DNA of 64,000 nucleotides from the human T2T-CHM13v2.0 reference genome, Homo sapiens: NCBI RefSeq assembly GCF_009914755.1, contig NC_060940.1; one strand, 5' to 3'. Shown piece by piece: positions 60,261 to 64,000 of this stretch (position 1 is its first letter; each line of letters starts with the position of its first letter). The notes under the pieces were generated by a model. It saw only the letters and a program-made list of their open reading frames with translations, ran no database searches and was not told where the DNA came from. The position numbers and the translations under genes were made by a program.

Positions 60261-60287
60261 GGCCCCGCCCCTGAATGGGGGCGGGGC
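60261..60287. promoter_or_regulatory. KCTD13: Inverted Sp1 GC-box palindrome: gccccgcccc-tgaatg-ggggcggggc.
   Basis: 10-bp arms are exact reverse complements around a 6-bp spacer, about 200 bp upstream of the KCTD13 ATG. Confidence 0.55.
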
Positions 60288-60625
60288 TGCGAGTATGGAG
60301 CATGCGCAGTGGCCTCGCTGGGGGATCCCGTAGAGGTTTGGCGTGTGGCCTGCGAGTTCCCCGGGCGGGTCGACGTGCGCTCCTCTCTGGTCTCGAGTCA
60401 CCAGGACCAGATCGAGGATGCGGCCGACCCCCTGCCCGATGTGGAAAGCGAAGTCTCCACCTCGTGATTGGGTCTCTGCTGTCAGAGAGCTTCACGAGCT
60501 TGAGGGGAAACAGACAGAGAGGTCTGGGCATTGGGCAGTTTCCCGCCTCCCAGCCCCGCGCACTGAACAGACTGTGACCAGAACTGCGAACAAAGCGCGG
60601 AGGGAAGCTCTTAAAGGAGGCCAAA

Positions 60626-60800
60626 GCGGCCGGGCGCTGTGGCTCACACCTGTAACCCCAGCCTGTAAGCCTAGCTACTCGGGAGGCCGAGGCAGAAGGA
60701 GCGCTTGAAGCCAGGAGTTGGAAGCTGCAGTAATCCGTGATCGGACCGTTGCACTCTAGCCTGGGCAACATAACGTCCTTTGAAAAAAAAAAAAAAAACA
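60626..60800 (+). repeat. Alu, internally deleted, upstream of the KCTD13 promoter.
   Basis: Alu consensus. Confidence 0.75.
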
Positions 60801-61759
60801 GAGGCCAAAACGGGTAGCAGTGGTGCCCGGGCACCAAGGATGGAAGGCCTCTCTGAGGAGGTGATGCCGAGCTGAAGCTGGGAAGCGGATGTGAGGGAAG
60901 AGTTCCAGGCAGAGGGAAGGCAAATGCAGAGATCCTCAGGCAGGAACACTGAACTGTTCTCCGTATTTGAGGAGCAGAGGGCGTGTCAGTGGTGGCCGCA
61001 GCAGCTGAGCAAAGGTCTTAGAATCCCAGCTAATGTCGTGGGACCTAGCACCCAATCCCAAAAGAAAGAAGAATAGATAGGAACCCACTGTTGACAAGAA
61101 GGTGCACTGAGAAGTGTTTTTATCTGACCCGATCTGCATCCAGTTTAGAAGCCGATACATCAGGGATTTAACAATCTGTCTTAATGTCTAGCAAGGGGGG
61201 TTGCTGGAGGGAAAACACAGAGTCAGAGTTCTATCTTCAGCCCTGCCAGCAGGTCCCTGGGAGATGCTAGACGAGTGACTTTTCTCTGGGCGTGGTTGGT
61301 GTAAGGGATGCACACGCAGGAGGAAGGTCGGAGTGTAAATGTGTGACCTGGGCCTGTTACTGGGTATAAATGGGCCTGTAGTGACCGGGAGCTCATGTTC
61401 TACCAAAGGGGTTGCCAATTTTCTGATTTCGAGTGTGGCGGTGTAAAAGAGAAAAGCAACTGCTGCCAGCTGGGAGCTGGTTTGCACCCTCACTCCAGAA
61501 GCCTTGATGTTGCTAGGAGCTGGCCTGGCACCAACAGCACGGCCATGGTGGTGTCCTGTTGAGCAAAATAATTTCACAAAAAACATCAGACAAGGTCACT
61601 CTCTGACTGATCTAGAAAAAGACCATTCCATAATAAAGCCTCAATACAGAAACAAGAACATTGTCCAAACCACAAAAATTACCAACACAATCCTCTCTCC
61701 CACAGCGTAAGTTACTGCTGCTTTTTTTTTGGTTGTTGTTTTTGTTTGTTTTGTTTTGT

Positions 61760-62044
61760 TTTTGAAATGAAGTCTTGCTCTGTTACCCAGGCTGGAGTGC
61801 AGTGATGCAATCTTGGCTTACCACAACCTCCACCTCCAGGTTCAAGCGATTCTCCTGCCTCAGCTTCCAGAGTATCTGGGATTACAGGCACCCACCATCA
61901 TGCCCAGATCATTTCTGTATTTTTAGTAGAGACGGGGATTCACCAAGTTGCCCAGGTGAGTCTTGAACTCTTGACCTCCGGTGATATGCCCACCTCGGCC
62001 TCCCAAAGTGCTGGGACTACAGGTGTGAGCCACTGCACCTGGCC
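61760..62044 (-). repeat. Alu SINE, reverse.
   Basis: Alu reverse consensus. Confidence 0.85.
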
Positions 62045-62512
62045 ACTGCTGCTTCTTTACCAAGTACAGTTTTAGCTTGATTCATTCCTCCCATCTTCTA
62101 GATAAGAATTATTAAGATAACCAAAAAGAATTATCCCTACTTCCTGATAGCATCCAACCCAGAGCAAATGCCCCCCTTTTTGGACCCGCCTAGGAAGTCC
62201 CCTAATGAAAGTTCCAATCCTGTAATAAGTCCTTTCACACATGTTCTTGCTGAGATGTCTGTGGTGTTCAGCCTCCCTTGTTCAACTACAGGTGCTTCCT
62301 GGTGGTCCTTGGTTGGAGGGTACTATCAGAAATGGAGGAGCAACAAAGATTCAGCTGAAGCCCTCACTGCCTGGGACTGGGACCCTTGACTCGTCATTGT
62401 ATGCACACCTGAAACTGCTTATGTCGCTGAGGTGCCAACCTGCTGATGGTTGGAAGCTAATTGAGTTCTGATATTGTGTTGATACCCTTAAGCATTGGGT
62501 TTACTTTTTATT

Positions 62513-62965
<453 letters not shown>

Positions 62966-62989
62966 TAAAATTAACCAATGCCGGTTAAT

Positions 62990-63290
62990 TTTTTTTTTTT
63001 TTTTTGGCGGGGGACAGAGTCTCGCTCTGTCTCCCAGAGTGGAGTGCAGTGGCGCTATCTCTGCTCCCTGCAAGCTCTGCCTCCCGGGTTCAAGCAATTC
63101 TCCTGCCTCAGCCTTCTGAGTAGCTAGGGTTACAGGCATGCGCCACCACACCTGGCTAAGTTTTGTATTTTTAGCAAAGATGGGGTTTCTCCATGTTGGT
63201 CAGGCTGGTCTCAAACTCCTGACCCCATGATCTGCTCACCTTGGCCTCCCAAAGTTCTGGGATTACAGGCATGAGCCACCACACCCAGGA
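62990..63290 (-). repeat. Alu SINE, reverse.
   Basis: Alu reverse consensus. Confidence 0.85.
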
Positions 63291-63321
63291 ATGCCGGTTA
63301 AGTTTTATATATATATTTTTT

Positions 63322-63440
63322 TGTAGAGATAGGGTTTCACTCTGTTACCCAGGCTGGTCTCAAACTCCTGAGCTCAAAGCAATCCTCCCACCTTGGCTTC
63401 CCAAAGTGCTGGGATTATAGATGTGAGCCACCATGCCCTG
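63322..63440 (-). repeat. Alu partial, reverse.
   Basis: Alu left-arm reverse. Confidence 0.7.
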
Positions 63441-63651
63441 CCAAGCATTGGGTTTATTTGGTTTTTCAGTTTTTTTACTCCTGGAATAAGGCCCCCACAC
63501 TGGATTTTTGGTTATCTGATCAAATATTTATTTTGTCCTTGGTGCAATTGTTTTCTGTCCTTCTACACTCATTCCTATGGTGTTTTCTTGTCTAGTATTT
63601 TGAATATTGTTTGTCTATAAGAGGCAAAGTCGATATAAAAAGGATGGATGT

Positions 63652-63999
<348 letters not shown>

Positions 64000-64000
64000 G

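Larger units (their letters stand above)
59750..60560. promoter_or_regulatory. KCTD13: KCTD13 promoter CpG island, covering the 5'UTR, exon 1 and the upstream region.
   Basis: High CpG density with an inverted GC-box palindrome at 60261-60287. Confidence 0.75.

Overview
This window is human genomic DNA and looks like the chr16p11.2 core interval. Alu SINEs take up roughly 35-40% of it. It holds three protein-coding genes, reconstructed by hand-translating the ORF track and locating GT/AG splice sites with consistent phases. (1) SEZ6L2 is on the minus strand with 18 coding exons; its stop codon is at 5730-5732, its ATG at 33045, and the model encodes 923 aa. The exons encode a signal peptide, a Pro/Thr-rich region, 3 CUB domains and 5 sushi domains. 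Each sushi domain is a single exon and each CUB domain is split over two exons. Then follow a 39-nt cassette exon, a TM exon and a short cytoplasmic tail. (2) ASPHD1 is on the plus strand with 3 coding exons. The ATG is at 34995 (an alternative in-frame start lies at 35109) and the stop is at 39918-39920; the model encodes 390 aa. It is transcribed head-to-head with SEZ6L2 from a shared CpG island. (3) KCTD13 is on the minus strand with 6 coding exons. The ATG is at 60057 and the stop at 40895-40897; the model encodes 329 aa. Its 3' end converges on, and probably overlaps, the ASPHD1 3' end. The rest is intronic or intergenic DNA with about 95 Alu copies, several MIRs, one old L1 3' fragment, microsatellites and very long homopolymers. 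I see no prokaryotic-style or novel gene system here. The observations worth a second look are regulatory and structural and are listed as findings. These are a palindromic CRE, tandem GC-boxes and a CCAAT box in the bidirectional promoter, back-to-back poly(A) signals, a 39-nt alternative exon, kilobase-scale polypurine/polypyrimidine tracts, an inverted repeat with an adjacent minisatellite in KCTD13 intron 1, and a G-rich GC-box island inside a SEZ6L2 intron. All coordinates come from manual indexing and may be off by a base or two; protein identities rest on recalled sequences, not a database search.
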